Translations under genes and position numbers: made by a program
Shown here: piece by piece, positions 47,608-56,863 of the stretch
Layout: each line of letters begins with the position of its first letter
Numbering within the stretch: the first letter of the stretch is position 1
Origin: an uncultured Candidatus Saccharibacteria bacterium
GTDB lineage: Bacteria; Patescibacteriota; Kazan-3B-28
DNA: 64,000 nt
NCBI GenBank assembly: GCA_964434605.1
Contig: CAYSVM010000001.1
Location: 54,011-118,010, forward strand
Direction of reading: 5' to 3'
Notes under the pieces: generated by a model
Databases searched by the model: none
Seen by the model: only the letters and a program-made list of their open reading frames with translations
Told to the model about the DNA's origin: nothing

Positions 47608-50163
47608 ATGAAGCGCTTCATTAGTTTTATTACCTCTCTTAGAAATATCAAACGCCCACAACTTATCTTGGGTGGTCTTTTAGTAACCACAACTGTCATT
47701 ACAACCCTAATTGCTTCTCCCGCTTACGCATTCACCTTAAGTCCCGCAGCTGCTGCCGCAGGCATCCTAACAAATCTGTTCCTTTCTGTAGGCGAACTAA
47801 TCCAATGGGCATCTGTCCTGTTTCTTAGCCTGATTATCAATGTTATCTTACCCGGCCAGAACAGCCTTATCTTTGGAGAACAGGTATTTACTGCATGGAG
47901 AACCATGCTTGATCTTACTAACATCGTTTTCTTCCTAGCACTCTTTATCTTCGCTATTTTCATCATCACTCGTAATGCCGGCTACAACTTCAAAAAAGCT
48001 GTTATCGCACTTATTACCGCCATTGCCCTAGCCAATCTAAGTTTAGTTATCGTCCAATTACTAATTGAAATGGGTGATGCCTTACGAAATTTCAGTAGCC
48101 TTATCCCCGCCTTTGGAATGCAAGGAGGAGACACTACTCAACTGAGGGAGTGGCTACATGGACTGGTTTTGCCAAAAGACTTCAATCTTGAGGCTGCTTC
48201 TAAAGATGTTTGGGATATAGTATGGGTAGCTTTTCAAGTAATGGCCGCCCAAGCTATCATCGCCTACGTTCTATTCCGCCTAATGTTCGTACTAGTCGAA
48301 CGTGCTATCCGTTTGGCAATTTTAGCTATCTTTGGACCAATCCAAGCTGCAATTAGTGTTCTACCTCAAAAAGAACTCCAAGGACTAGGTAGCAACTGGT
48401 TCGGAGATGTTTTGCGCTGGGTTCTAGTTCTCCCCCTCTCCTTTATTCTTATCGGCATTGCCCGTCTAATCATGCCAACCAAAAGCGCTGCAACTCTTGA
48501 ATCATTTCTAAATCAAGCCCAAAAAGATGGAGGCACTCTAACTGGAACTGAAGAGCTGTTTCTTCTCATAATCGGCCTCGGAGTCCTTGTCGCTGCATCT
48601 TCTGTTCCAACAATGTTAAAGGTCCCAGTTTCTGCCCTCACCAACATGTTACCTAACTACGTAGGAAAAGCTGGCAAGGATTTAGGAAAAGCTGTTGGCA
48701 AAGGTATTTGGAATAATGTTAAGGCTAGGGGTAAACATATGGCCTTCAAGGTCGGAAGAAATATACCTGGCTATCGTTGGGTAGCCGGTAAAATTGCCGA
48801 TCGCAAACGAGAAGTCGACGCTCAAGCAAAACAACGCGCTTCCTTTGCCGACAAAGCCGCGCGCGACCGCGCTGTTAGTCGATACAACAAGAATAATCAA
48901 AGACTTGAAGGTAATATTAAAATCCAGCTCGAACAAGAACCCGGAGCCAAGCAACATGGTGGCTTTGATGCTTGGTTAGCCGCAGACCCAACAGCAGCCA
49001 AAGCTGCTAAAAACAGAATTAAAGATAGAGCCGAAAAGAGTGATCTCGGACTCGCCGTTGATGCAGACAACAAAGCATACATGGCCGCTATTATGGATGA
49101 GGTTGAGTCTGAATCCAAGAAAGACCGTAATGCAGGTGAACAAAAAGATGCTATCAATGAGCTAATTGAAAAAATTAAAAGCAACCCGAACGATAACGAC
49201 GCAAAAATGAAGCTATCAGCCATGCTTATACTCTTGAAACGCGAAACTAACAGAACGGGAGCTGGACGCAAGGACGCTATAGAAGCATTTGACGATGTAA
49301 TTGAGAAAAATAGCCTAGAAGACAAGGAAAAACGTTCCAAACTCGGTATCCATAACAAAGTAAATCTTAATCCGGTAGGAAAAAGCAAAAAAACCTCTGG
49401 TGTAGATGACGCAGAAAAAGATATAAACCATATGGCCAAAGTCCAAGTGGAACTTAAAGGCCTAGAAGAACTCAAAGAAGCTTTTAAAAACGGATTGTCT
49501 TTACCAAATAAACTGATGGACTTTCAGATGACAAACTTCAAAGATTCCAAAAAACAAGAACGAGTCGACGCTATTCTTGACAGCCCTCACGCAACCCAAG
49601 AAGAAAAAGCTGGAGTGGTAGCTAAGACGCTGGAGATAGGAAGGGAGCTTGCCCAGGCCATCGTGGGTGCAAATCTTCGTGGAGACGATTTGGGTAGAAT
49701 GTCTGATCAAAACGCCCTCGGCACTTCTTTGGAGGATTTCCTCAAAACCACTGTTGATGGTCGCATACAATCTAAGCGATCTGAACTTAATAACATCAGG
49801 GAAACTGTCGCTACAAAAAGCGCCGCTCAACCAGGAATGAAAGTAATTAAAGACACTGTTGCCAGCCTTGATCCTTCTGATATCAGCGAGCTTAGTAATA
49901 ACCTTAAAGAACTTGGAGACATTATCTCCTTAGTTCTTGCCCAAGGACACAGTGATACCGCGGTAAATGAATTGCCTCAGATTAACCAAGATCAAATTGG
50001 AGAACTTATAAATAAAATAGAAAACGGACTTAAACTCCCAGGCGGAACTCTTAGTAACAATGGGGAGAACGCACTAAATAGGTTAAACCAGACTTCAATT
50101 GGTATATATAAAATTCTCCGCGACCAGAGCGGTACATACACTGATCTTCGTGATGCAATATAA
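47608..50163 (+). CDS. VirB6/TrbL-like polytopic T4SS channel protein with a long hydrophilic C-terminal extension
   Basis: N-terminal 330 aa or so with at least 6 TM helices in a TrbL/VirB6-like arrangement, then about 520 aa of charged, Lys/Asp/Glu-rich soluble domain. Confidence 0.65.
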   Translation: MKRFISFITSLRNIKRPQLILGGLLVTTTVITTLIASPAYAFTLSPAAAAAGILTNLFLSVGELIQWASVLFLSLIINVILPGQNSLIFGEQVFTAWRTMLDLTNIVFFLALFIFAIFIITRNAGYNFKKAVIALITAIALANLSLVIVQLLIEMGDALRNFSSLIPAFGMQGGDTTQLREWLHGLVLPKDFNLEAASKDVWDIVWVAFQVMAAQAIIAYVLFRLMFVLVERAIRLAILAIFGPIQAAISVLPQKELQGLGSNWFGDVLRWVLVLPLSFILIGIARLIMPTKSAATLESFLNQAQKDGGTLTGTEELFLLIIGLGVLVAASSVPTMLKVPVSALTNMLPNYVGKAGKDLGKAVGKGIWNNVKARGKHMAFKVGRNIPGYRWVAGKIADRKREVDAQAKQRASFADKAARDRAVSRYNKNNQRLEGNIKIQLEQEPGAKQHGGFDAWLAADPTAAKAAKNRIKDRAEKSDLGLAVDADNKAYMAAIMDEVESESKKDRNAGEQKDAINELIEKIKSNPNDNDAKMKLSAMLILLKRETNRTGAGRKDAIEAFDDVIEKNSLEDKEKRSKLGIHNKVNLNPVGKSKKTSGVDDAEKDINHMAKVQVELKGLEELKEAFKNGLSLPNKLMDFQMTNFKDSKKQERVDAILDSPHATQEEKAGVVAKTLEIGRELAQAIVGANLRGDDLGRMSDQNALGTSLEDFLKTTVDGRIQSKRSELNNIRETVATKSAAQPGMKVIKDTVASLDPSDISELSNNLKELGDIISLVLAQGHSDTAVNELPQINQDQIGELINKIENGLKLPGGTLSNNGENALNRLNQTSIGIYKILRDQSGTYTDLRDAI

Positions 50164-50173
50164 CTAAAATAAT

Positions 50174-50710
50174 ATGGCAGTAAAAATCCCACAAGATGTT
50201 ACCCGTGAAGATAAGCTGATTGGTCCGCTTACCTTAAAGCAGTTCCTTTATTTACTTGCCGGTAGCTCAATCATCTTCATCACCTACCAATCCACTATGA
50301 GCTGGCTCTTATTTATCGTTGTCAGCCTCATCGTAGGTATCCTGTCCCTCTTACTTGCATTCGGAAAGATCAACGGCCGTCCCTTTGGTGTATTCCTGCT
50401 AAACCTACTTCACTTTATTCGTTCATCCAAGAATTTGGTTTGGCACAAAGAACATCGAGCTAAAGTAAAGAACATAAAAGTAAGTGCTTCGGATATCAAA
50501 GACACAAAAACAGAACTTGCAGATCGTCAGTCTGGAAAACAAATCAAAATGCAGATCGAACAGCTCGCCCATATCCTAGATACGGGTGGTACAATGAACA
50601 GTGAACAAACAGAATTTACTGCTACATCAATCAGCACTATTACTCCCCCAAAAACCACAGTCGAACCTACCGACATCGAAGATGTACTTAAAGATGTTGA
50701 CCAATCCTAA
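50174..50710 (+). CDS. VirB3/PrgI-like small membrane protein
   Basis: 'DKLIGPLTLKQFLYLLAGSSIIF' followed by a second TM. This matches the PrgI/VirB3 family pattern, and it sits immediately upstream of VirB4. Confidence 0.55.
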   Translation: MAVKIPQDVTREDKLIGPLTLKQFLYLLAGSSIIFITYQSTMSWLLFIVVSLIVGILSLLLAFGKINGRPFGVFLLNLLHFIRSSKNLVWHKEHRAKVKNIKVSASDIKDTKTELADRQSGKQIKMQIEQLAHILDTGGTMNSEQTEFTATSISTITPPKTTVEPTDIEDVLKDVDQS

Positions 50711-50716
50711 ACCAAT

Positions 50717-51394
50717 ATGGCACGCAAACAACCAAAATTCAAAAGTACCCAACAGTTCCTTCCTGTCCAAGAAATTAGGGATGGGATAGTGGTCTTAAAA
50801 GGCGGTGGATACCGTACAGTGCTAATGGTCAACGCCATTAACTTCAGCCTGAAATCAGCAGACGAACAACAGGCCTTACTAAACAGCTACCAGAACTTTC
50901 TCAATGGTCTTTCTTTCCCTATCCAAATCGTGATGCAATCTCGCACACTCGACCTAACCAACTACCTAACCAGCCTCGAACAAGCAGCTAGTAAGCAGAC
51001 TAACGACTTGCTTCGTACCCAAACAAACGAATACACCACTTTTGTTCGCGATCTTGTTGGGGTTGCCAACATCATGAGCAAAACCTTTTACGTAATCGTC
51101 CCCCACAACGAGATGCCCCTACTTACCGGTGGATTCCACCTATTTGGAAAAAAGAAAAGCTCTCCTAGCCGTCAGTTTGAGGAAATAAAAACTGCTATGA
51201 GCGAAAAAACCAACCTCATCTCAAGCGGACTAGCTAGTCTAGGATTAAACAATGTTCAACTAAATACCCAAGAGCTAATCGAGCTTTTCTATACCAGCTA
51301 CAACAGTGATTCTGCTCGTCGGCAAAAGCTCTTTTCCGTAAGCAATGTCGATGCTTCTATTATCCGTAACGTAAAAGATGCGGAGGCCCAATAA
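50717..51394 (+). CDS. Stand-alone VirB4 N-terminal-domain-like protein
   Basis: 225 aa. 'FLPVQEIRDGIVVLKGGGYRTVLMVNAINFSLKSADEQQALLNSYQNFLNGLSFPIQIVMQSR' resembles the N-terminal region of VirB4/TraE-type ATPases. Its stop overlaps the next ATG (TAATG). Confidence 0.5.
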   Translation: MARKQPKFKSTQQFLPVQEIRDGIVVLKGGGYRTVLMVNAINFSLKSADEQQALLNSYQNFLNGLSFPIQIVMQSRTLDLTNYLTSLEQAASKQTNDLLRTQTNEYTTFVRDLVGVANIMSKTFYVIVPHNEMPLLTGGFHLFGKKKSSPSRQFEEIKTAMSEKTNLISSGLASLGLNNVQLNTQELIELFYTSYNSDSARRQKLFSVSNVDASIIRNVKDAEAQ

Positions 51395-53184
51395 TGTTCG
51401 GAAGAAAAAAGAAAATTCAGACTGCCGAAGAACAAGCTGCTAAGAAAGCGGCGGAGAGTTTTGAAAGCGGTCTTGTTTCTGTCCGCGACCTTATCGCCCC
51501 TACTGCCATGGAGATCAAAAACGACCGTCTACTTCTAAACGGCAAGTTTGTCCGCAGTTTCTTCGTGTTAACCTACCCTCAATATATCGAGACCAATTGG
51601 CTCGCTCCCCTAATAAACTACGACGTCAATATAGATATTTCAATGCACATCTATCCCGTAGACAACGCAAACATTATGCGTGTCTTGCGTCGGAAAGTAA
51701 GCGAAATGGAATCGTCTCTTCGCATCAACGAGGAAAAAGGAGCCATCCGCGATCCTGAACTGGAGATTGCCTATAACGATGCCGAGGAGTTACGCGATCG
51801 CCTCCAAAGAGGTATCGAAAAGTTCTTCCACTACGCCCTATACTTCACCATCTATGCCTCCAGCGAAGAAAAGTTAGACAGCGTAACCAGCCATATTGAA
51901 ACGACCCTTGGTGGCCAACTGGTTTACACCAAACAGGCACTGCTGCAAATGGAACAAGGATTTAATTCTAGCCTTCCTCTTGGTCTAGACGAACTAAATG
52001 TTGTCCGAAACATGACCACATCTTCAGTAGGGACCACTTTCCCCTTCACCTCAGTCGATCTCACTACTGGAAAAGGTGTCCTGTATGGTATCAACCGACA
52101 CAACAATTCCCTCATCCTCTTCGATCGATTCGAGTTAGAAAACGCCAACATGGTAGTCTTTGCCAAATCTGGTGGTGGTAAATCCTATGCCATTAAACTA
52201 GAGGTTCTCCGTAGCATGATGTTCGATACTGATGTTATCGTTATCGATCCCGAGAACGAATACAAAGCTTTAGCAGATGCTGTTGGAGGCAGTTACATTT
52301 CAGTGAGTTTGAATAGTGAAAAACGAATTAATCCATTTGACTTACCCAACCTTGGCACCAATGCTGATGGGGAAAAAGTTCTCCGCGCTTCCGTTATTAC
52401 CCTCATGGGCTTAATGAACCTAATGCTTGGCAAACTCACTCCAGAAGAAGAGGCTCTAATGGAAAAAGCGCTAATGGAAACCTACGCCTTGAAGGACATT
52501 ACTGGAGATATCAAGACCCACCAGAATCCTGCCCCAACAATGCAAGACCTATACAACGTTTTGGGAAATATGACTGGTGCAGAAAGCCTGGCCTTGCGTC
52601 TAACCAAATACACCACAGGAACCTTTGCCGGTGTCTTTAACCAACCGACAAACTTTGAATTAGATCGCGGTCTAATGGTCTTTTCTATCCGTGACTTGGA
52701 AGACACTCTCCGACCAATCGCTATGTATGTTGTCCTAAACTACATTTGGAACAAGATTCGTTTCAATATGAAGAAGCGAATGCTGGTAATAGACGAAGCT
52801 TGGATTCTTATGCAGTACGAAGACTCTGCCAAATTCCTTTACTCCATCGCCAAACGTGCCCGTAAATATTACCTCGGACTCACCACAATCACCCAGGATA
52901 TCGAAGACTTCTTGGGCTCCAAGTACGGCAAAGCAGTTGTGGCAAACTCTTCGCTACAGTTACTTCTGCGCCAATCCCCCGCCTCTATCGACATAGTTGC
53001 AGAAACCTTCAACCTTACCCAAGGAGAAAAATTCCTTCTACTTGAATCAAATGTTGGTGAAGGTCTATTCTTCGCTGGTACCAACCATGCTGCCATCAAA
53101 GTGGTTGCCAGCTACATTGAAGACCGTATTGTTACTTCGGATCCCAGTCAGCTAGCAGAACTTCGTAACCTCACAGGAGGTTAA
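51394..53184 (+). CDS. virB4: Type IV secretion ATPase VirB4 (CagE/TrbE/TraE family)
   Basis: N-terminal 'LLLNGKFVRSFFVLTYPQYIETNWLAPLIN...DISMHIYPV', Walker A 'VVFAKSGGGKSY', and Walker B 'MLVIDEAW'. 596 aa. Confidence 0.85.
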   Translation: MFGRKKKIQTAEEQAAKKAAESFESGLVSVRDLIAPTAMEIKNDRLLLNGKFVRSFFVLTYPQYIETNWLAPLINYDVNIDISMHIYPVDNANIMRVLRRKVSEMESSLRINEEKGAIRDPELEIAYNDAEELRDRLQRGIEKFFHYALYFTIYASSEEKLDSVTSHIETTLGGQLVYTKQALLQMEQGFNSSLPLGLDELNVVRNMTTSSVGTTFPFTSVDLTTGKGVLYGINRHNNSLILFDRFELENANMVVFAKSGGGKSYAIKLEVLRSMMFDTDVIVIDPENEYKALADAVGGSYISVSLNSEKRINPFDLPNLGTNADGEKVLRASVITLMGLMNLMLGKLTPEEEALMEKALMETYALKDITGDIKTHQNPAPTMQDLYNVLGNMTGAESLALRLTKYTTGTFAGVFNQPTNFELDRGLMVFSIRDLEDTLRPIAMYVVLNYIWNKIRFNMKKRMLVIDEAWILMQYEDSAKFLYSIAKRARKYYLGLTTITQDIEDFLGSKYGKAVVANSSLQLLLRQSPASIDIVAETFNLTQGEKFLLLESNVGEGLFFAGTNHAAIKVVASYIEDRIVTSDPSQLAELRNLTGG

Positions 53185-53186
53185 TT

Positions 53187-54458
53187 ATGCGTCCTGTAAG
53201 CGTAATTGGTGTTGTCTTTTGGGGAACAGTTGGAATCCTAACACTCATCGCAGTACTGACTGTTACTTTTACAAGAGAAACTACGGGAATCGAGGAGCGT
53301 TGGGGAAGCCGAACAGCAGAAGAGCGCCAAACAGACCTACTCGACCCCATCTCCATTTTAGCCAAGAATAAAAACTACCAATCAAACGTTAGTGGCAACA
53401 AAAGCATTCGTCCAACCGGTTCGTCTGATCACGACAACGACGGCCTTACCAATGATATAGAAATCTCCCTAGGAATTGACCCTGCCAATCCCGACACAGA
53501 CGGAGATGGAGTATTAGATGGTATCGAAAAGGAACTTGGAACAAATCCCAACGATCCAAAAGAAGGTGGACTTGCTCCGGTACCCCAAACCACAACGCCA
53601 ACCTCTACCCCAAACCAACTTGTTATCACCCGCCTCTCCAAGACAGCCATCGTTGGTGGTCGGCCAGTGCACTTCGTCACTCTTCCCGTAGGAAGTACTA
53701 TTCAATTCCGTATTCGAGCAGAAGCAACAAATTTGGGTGGAAGCCACACCTTAGTACTTGAAGACAAAATTCCCAACTCTTTCCATGACTTTACCGGAAC
53801 CATTCAGGTGAATAATTCACCAACCTCAAAAATAACCAAAAATTCGCTTAGTCGATATGTAATTAGAGTTAGCCCTAATACCCAAACAGTTGTTGTAGAA
53901 ATCAACTTCTCAGTTACTGCCACCGCCGTTGGCAATTGGGAAAATATCGCCAACATCTACAAGCCAAACGAGTTAGACGGCCTGTCCGACAAGGTGTATC
54001 TCCGCATTACTAATCCAAAAAGTTACACCACCCAGCCTCCAGCCAGCTGCACCATCTGTAATCTCTTCTTACTCGGTCGTGCCAACAAAGATGAAGCATG
54101 GGGCACTAGAATATTTGCCGAAACAAATACCCAACTAGACTTCTATATCTCCATTGAAACATCAAATCTTGAAAGCGAAACCAAAACTTTTTCCATAAAA
54201 GACGTACTCCCCTCCGGACTCAAATACGTCCCTGGCAGTGGCAAAGTTTTTTACGATAACCGCTCCACTCCCAAACAGCTCCCCGATACCTGGATAACAG
54301 ACTACAATCTCACCACTACGCATAAAACCAACCGATTTGAGCTCTACTTTTCTGCTACAGTAGAAACAGACGCTCCCTTCGCTCTAACCAACAATACTGA
54401 GGTAGTTAGTTGGGATGGCAAATCTTATCAATCTAGCGTAAAAGTAAACTCCAAATAA
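53187..54458 (+). CDS. Secreted/surface protein with thrombospondin-type-3-like Ca-binding repeats and a DUF11-like repeat domain
   Basis: N-terminal TM or signal sequence, then 'DHDNDGLTNDIEISLGIDPANPDTDGDGVLDG' (DxDxDG repeats), then beta-rich repeats. SD 'ggagg' sits 7 nt upstream. Translationally coupled to virB4. Confidence 0.55.
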   Translation: MRPVSVIGVVFWGTVGILTLIAVLTVTFTRETTGIEERWGSRTAEERQTDLLDPISILAKNKNYQSNVSGNKSIRPTGSSDHDNDGLTNDIEISLGIDPANPDTDGDGVLDGIEKELGTNPNDPKEGGLAPVPQTTTPTSTPNQLVITRLSKTAIVGGRPVHFVTLPVGSTIQFRIRAEATNLGGSHTLVLEDKIPNSFHDFTGTIQVNNSPTSKITKNSLSRYVIRVSPNTQTVVVEINFSVTATAVGNWENIANIYKPNELDGLSDKVYLRITNPKSYTTQPPASCTICNLFLLGRANKDEAWGTRIFAETNTQLDFYISIETSNLESETKTFSIKDVLPSGLKYVPGSGKVFYDNRSTPKQLPDTWITDYNLTTTHKTNRFELYFSATVETDAPFALTNNTEVVSWDGKSYQSSVKVNSK

Positions 54459-54460
54459 CC

Positions 54461-56113
54461 ATGACCAACCAAGCCCCTCATCCCCAGAACGAAGACGATG
54501 CCCCAATGGAGCAGTTTGTAACCACCCTCCAACGAAGGAAGGAAGAAGAATATACCCAGAAAAAAGCATCTGAACTAAACCTCACTTACCAAAACTTGGT
54601 TGGCTTCCAACCCAACCCATCTGCTGTCAGTATTGTCCCCAAAGACCTTGCCCATTCCGCCAATATCTTTGCATATGAAAAAGACGGAACCGTTATTTCC
54701 CTTGCGCTTTCAAATCCCGAAGATCCCACGACCATAGACGCCCTAAAGAAGCTTTCTGCACTAGATGAATTTGAATTCAAACCAGTATTAGTCTCTTCTT
54801 CTTCAATGAAATACCTACTAGGAATCTATGACACCTTTTCTCCTACTCAAACTAAAGTCGATGATATAAATATCGATACCAAGCTACAAGAAAAGTTTTC
54901 CAAACTAACTAATCTAAAAGAGCTTCAAACAGCTCTCACTACCGCCTCAACCAGCGAACTAACTGAAACTATCTTTGCTGGTGCTATTGGTTTAAATGCT
55001 TCCGACATTCATATCGAGCCCACCAAAGAAGGTGTTCGTCTACGCTTCCGACTCGATGGCGTCCTCCATGATATTACCGAGCTTCCCTTGGACCGGTTAG
55101 ATACTCTAACCAACCGTATCAAAATGCTATCCCAACTGAAACTCAACCTCACTGAAACCGCCCAAGATGGACGTTTCTCTATCCACACCCCCAAAGGAAC
55201 CTATGATATCCGTGTCTCAATCCTTCCCACCCAATACGGAGAATCTGCTGTTCTACGTCTACTTCCCCAAGAAGGAAGTTTTATTAACTTGGATAAGATT
55301 GGTTTTTCTCCCGAAGTAAAACAATGGGTAGACTCAGCCATTCACGAACCCAACGGCCTTATCCTAAACACCGGTCCCACTGGTTCCGGTAAGACCACCA
55401 CCCTTTATGCAATCCTGAATACCATCAATAAGCCAGATTCAAAAATCATTACCGTAGAAGATCCTGTAGAATACCGTCTTGAAGGAATTACCCAAACCCA
55501 AGTCAATGTAGAAGAAGACTATACTTTTGCCAACGCTCTTCGTTCTATCGTCCGCCAAGACCCAGACATTATTTTAGTTGGAGAAATTCGTGACAAAGAA
55601 ACTGCCAACATTGCAGTAGACGCCGCACTGACTGGACACCTTGTCCTCTCCACCCTACACACCAATGACGCTGCCGGTGCTGTTCCCCGGCTAGTAGAAC
55701 TTGGTGCCCAACCAAAGCTATTCTCCGACGCTCTTCGTCTTATTATCGCCCAGAGGTTGGTTCGTCGTCTTTGCCCTAAATGCAAAGAAGCATACTCACC
55801 CAAAGGCGCGGAGTTAGAAAAAATAAAATCCATCTCCCCTTCCACTCTCCCCAAAACTATCTACCGTCCCAAAGGATGCGATGCCTGCAATGGAACGGGG
55901 TACCATGGCCGTATCGGCATCTTCGAAGTGTTACGAATCACTCCAGAGATAAAAGAAGCTATCAATGAAGGCAAGGGTGCAGCTGAACTCGCCCAACTAG
56001 CTATTTCCCAAGGAATGATTACACTCGCCCAAGATGGACTAGCTCGAGTAATTGAAGACACAACCTCTCTAGATGAATTGCTTCGGGTTGTCGGAGGAAA
56101 CAAAACCAACTAA
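54461..56113 (+). CDS. GspE/PilB-type secretion ATPase (type II/IV secretion, type IV pilus assembly family)
   Basis: GSPII_E_N-like N-domain, Walker A 'GPTGSGKTTTLYA', Asp box 'VEDPVEY', Walker B 'ILVGEIRD', His box 'LSTLHTNDA', and C-terminal tetracysteine 'CPKC...CDACNGTG'. Confidence 0.9.
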   Translation: MTNQAPHPQNEDDAPMEQFVTTLQRRKEEEYTQKKASELNLTYQNLVGFQPNPSAVSIVPKDLAHSANIFAYEKDGTVISLALSNPEDPTTIDALKKLSALDEFEFKPVLVSSSSMKYLLGIYDTFSPTQTKVDDINIDTKLQEKFSKLTNLKELQTALTTASTSELTETIFAGAIGLNASDIHIEPTKEGVRLRFRLDGVLHDITELPLDRLDTLTNRIKMLSQLKLNLTETAQDGRFSIHTPKGTYDIRVSILPTQYGESAVLRLLPQEGSFINLDKIGFSPEVKQWVDSAIHEPNGLILNTGPTGSGKTTTLYAILNTINKPDSKIITVEDPVEYRLEGITQTQVNVEEDYTFANALRSIVRQDPDIILVGEIRDKETANIAVDAALTGHLVLSTLHTNDAAGAVPRLVELGAQPKLFSDALRLIIAQRLVRRLCPKCKEAYSPKGAELEKIKSISPSTLPKTIYRPKGCDACNGTGYHGRIGIFEVLRITPEIKEAINEGKGAAELAQLAISQGMITLAQDGLARVIEDTTSLDELLRVVGGNKTN

Positions 56114-56167
56114 GTGCTATACTGGAACCAGAGGTGAAAGGGGCGGAATCTCAACCGCTTTTCTTTT

Positions 56168-56863
56168 ATGCCAAAGCTTCGTCACTTATTTCTGGGTATG
56201 ATTTTTCTCGGCCTTATCGTTGCCGAGGCTGTTCCCGTACTAACCAAACTCTCCTCTCCCGCCCAATCTGAGCGCCAACTCACCGCAGAAGAACAAAACA
56301 CCATTCTCTCTATCTTACAAAAACCAGAGGACAGTTCCTCTTCTACTTTTACTGGAAAATTTTTAGATATTAGTTGGCCACTTGATCCAAACCAAGTAAA
56401 AAAAGATGTCATCATGTCTTCGACCATGATGGGAAGTCCCCAACTAAATCAAGTAGCCTCTCCTGTTCAAACTCCCGACGACAGTCTTACTGGCATCCTT
56501 CCTCCAATCAACAGCGACCTGTATTACGCCTACCAAGATGGCGGTAGGTTTTGGTATGGCCAAGGTAGCAATATTTTAGTTATCTTCCCTAACGAAAGTA
56601 TCCGCAGCTTCAATAAAGCAACCGGAGCGGAAACCATGTGGATGCAAGATCGTCTTGCCTATCCCCCAATCAGTGACCCAACAGCATACACCAACTACCA
56701 ACAAAACTACCGCGCATTAATTGTTGCCGAAACTACTCAGTGGGTGTTAATGGAATTCCCTTCCGGGGGAATAGTCAAAGTCTACAAACCGCAATACACC
56801 GCCTCGGGAGGTAGTGGCAGTGTTTCTTCTCTTCCCAGCTTCTTGTTTAACTTGATCGACTAG
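56168..56863 (+). CDS. Hypothetical secreted or membrane-anchored protein (size and topology compatible with a VirB8-like component, speculative)
   Basis: 231 aa with an N-terminal hydrophobic anchor 'LFLGMIFLGLIVAEAV' and a soluble domain with no motifs. Confidence 0.45.
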   Translation: MPKLRHLFLGMIFLGLIVAEAVPVLTKLSSPAQSERQLTAEEQNTILSILQKPEDSSSSTFTGKFLDISWPLDPNQVKKDVIMSSTMMGSPQLNQVASPVQTPDDSLTGILPPINSDLYYAYQDGGRFWYGQGSNILVIFPNESIRSFNKATGAETMWMQDRLAYPPISDPTAYTNYQQNYRALIVAETTQWVLMEFPSGGIVKVYKPQYTASGGSGSVSSLPSFLFNLID

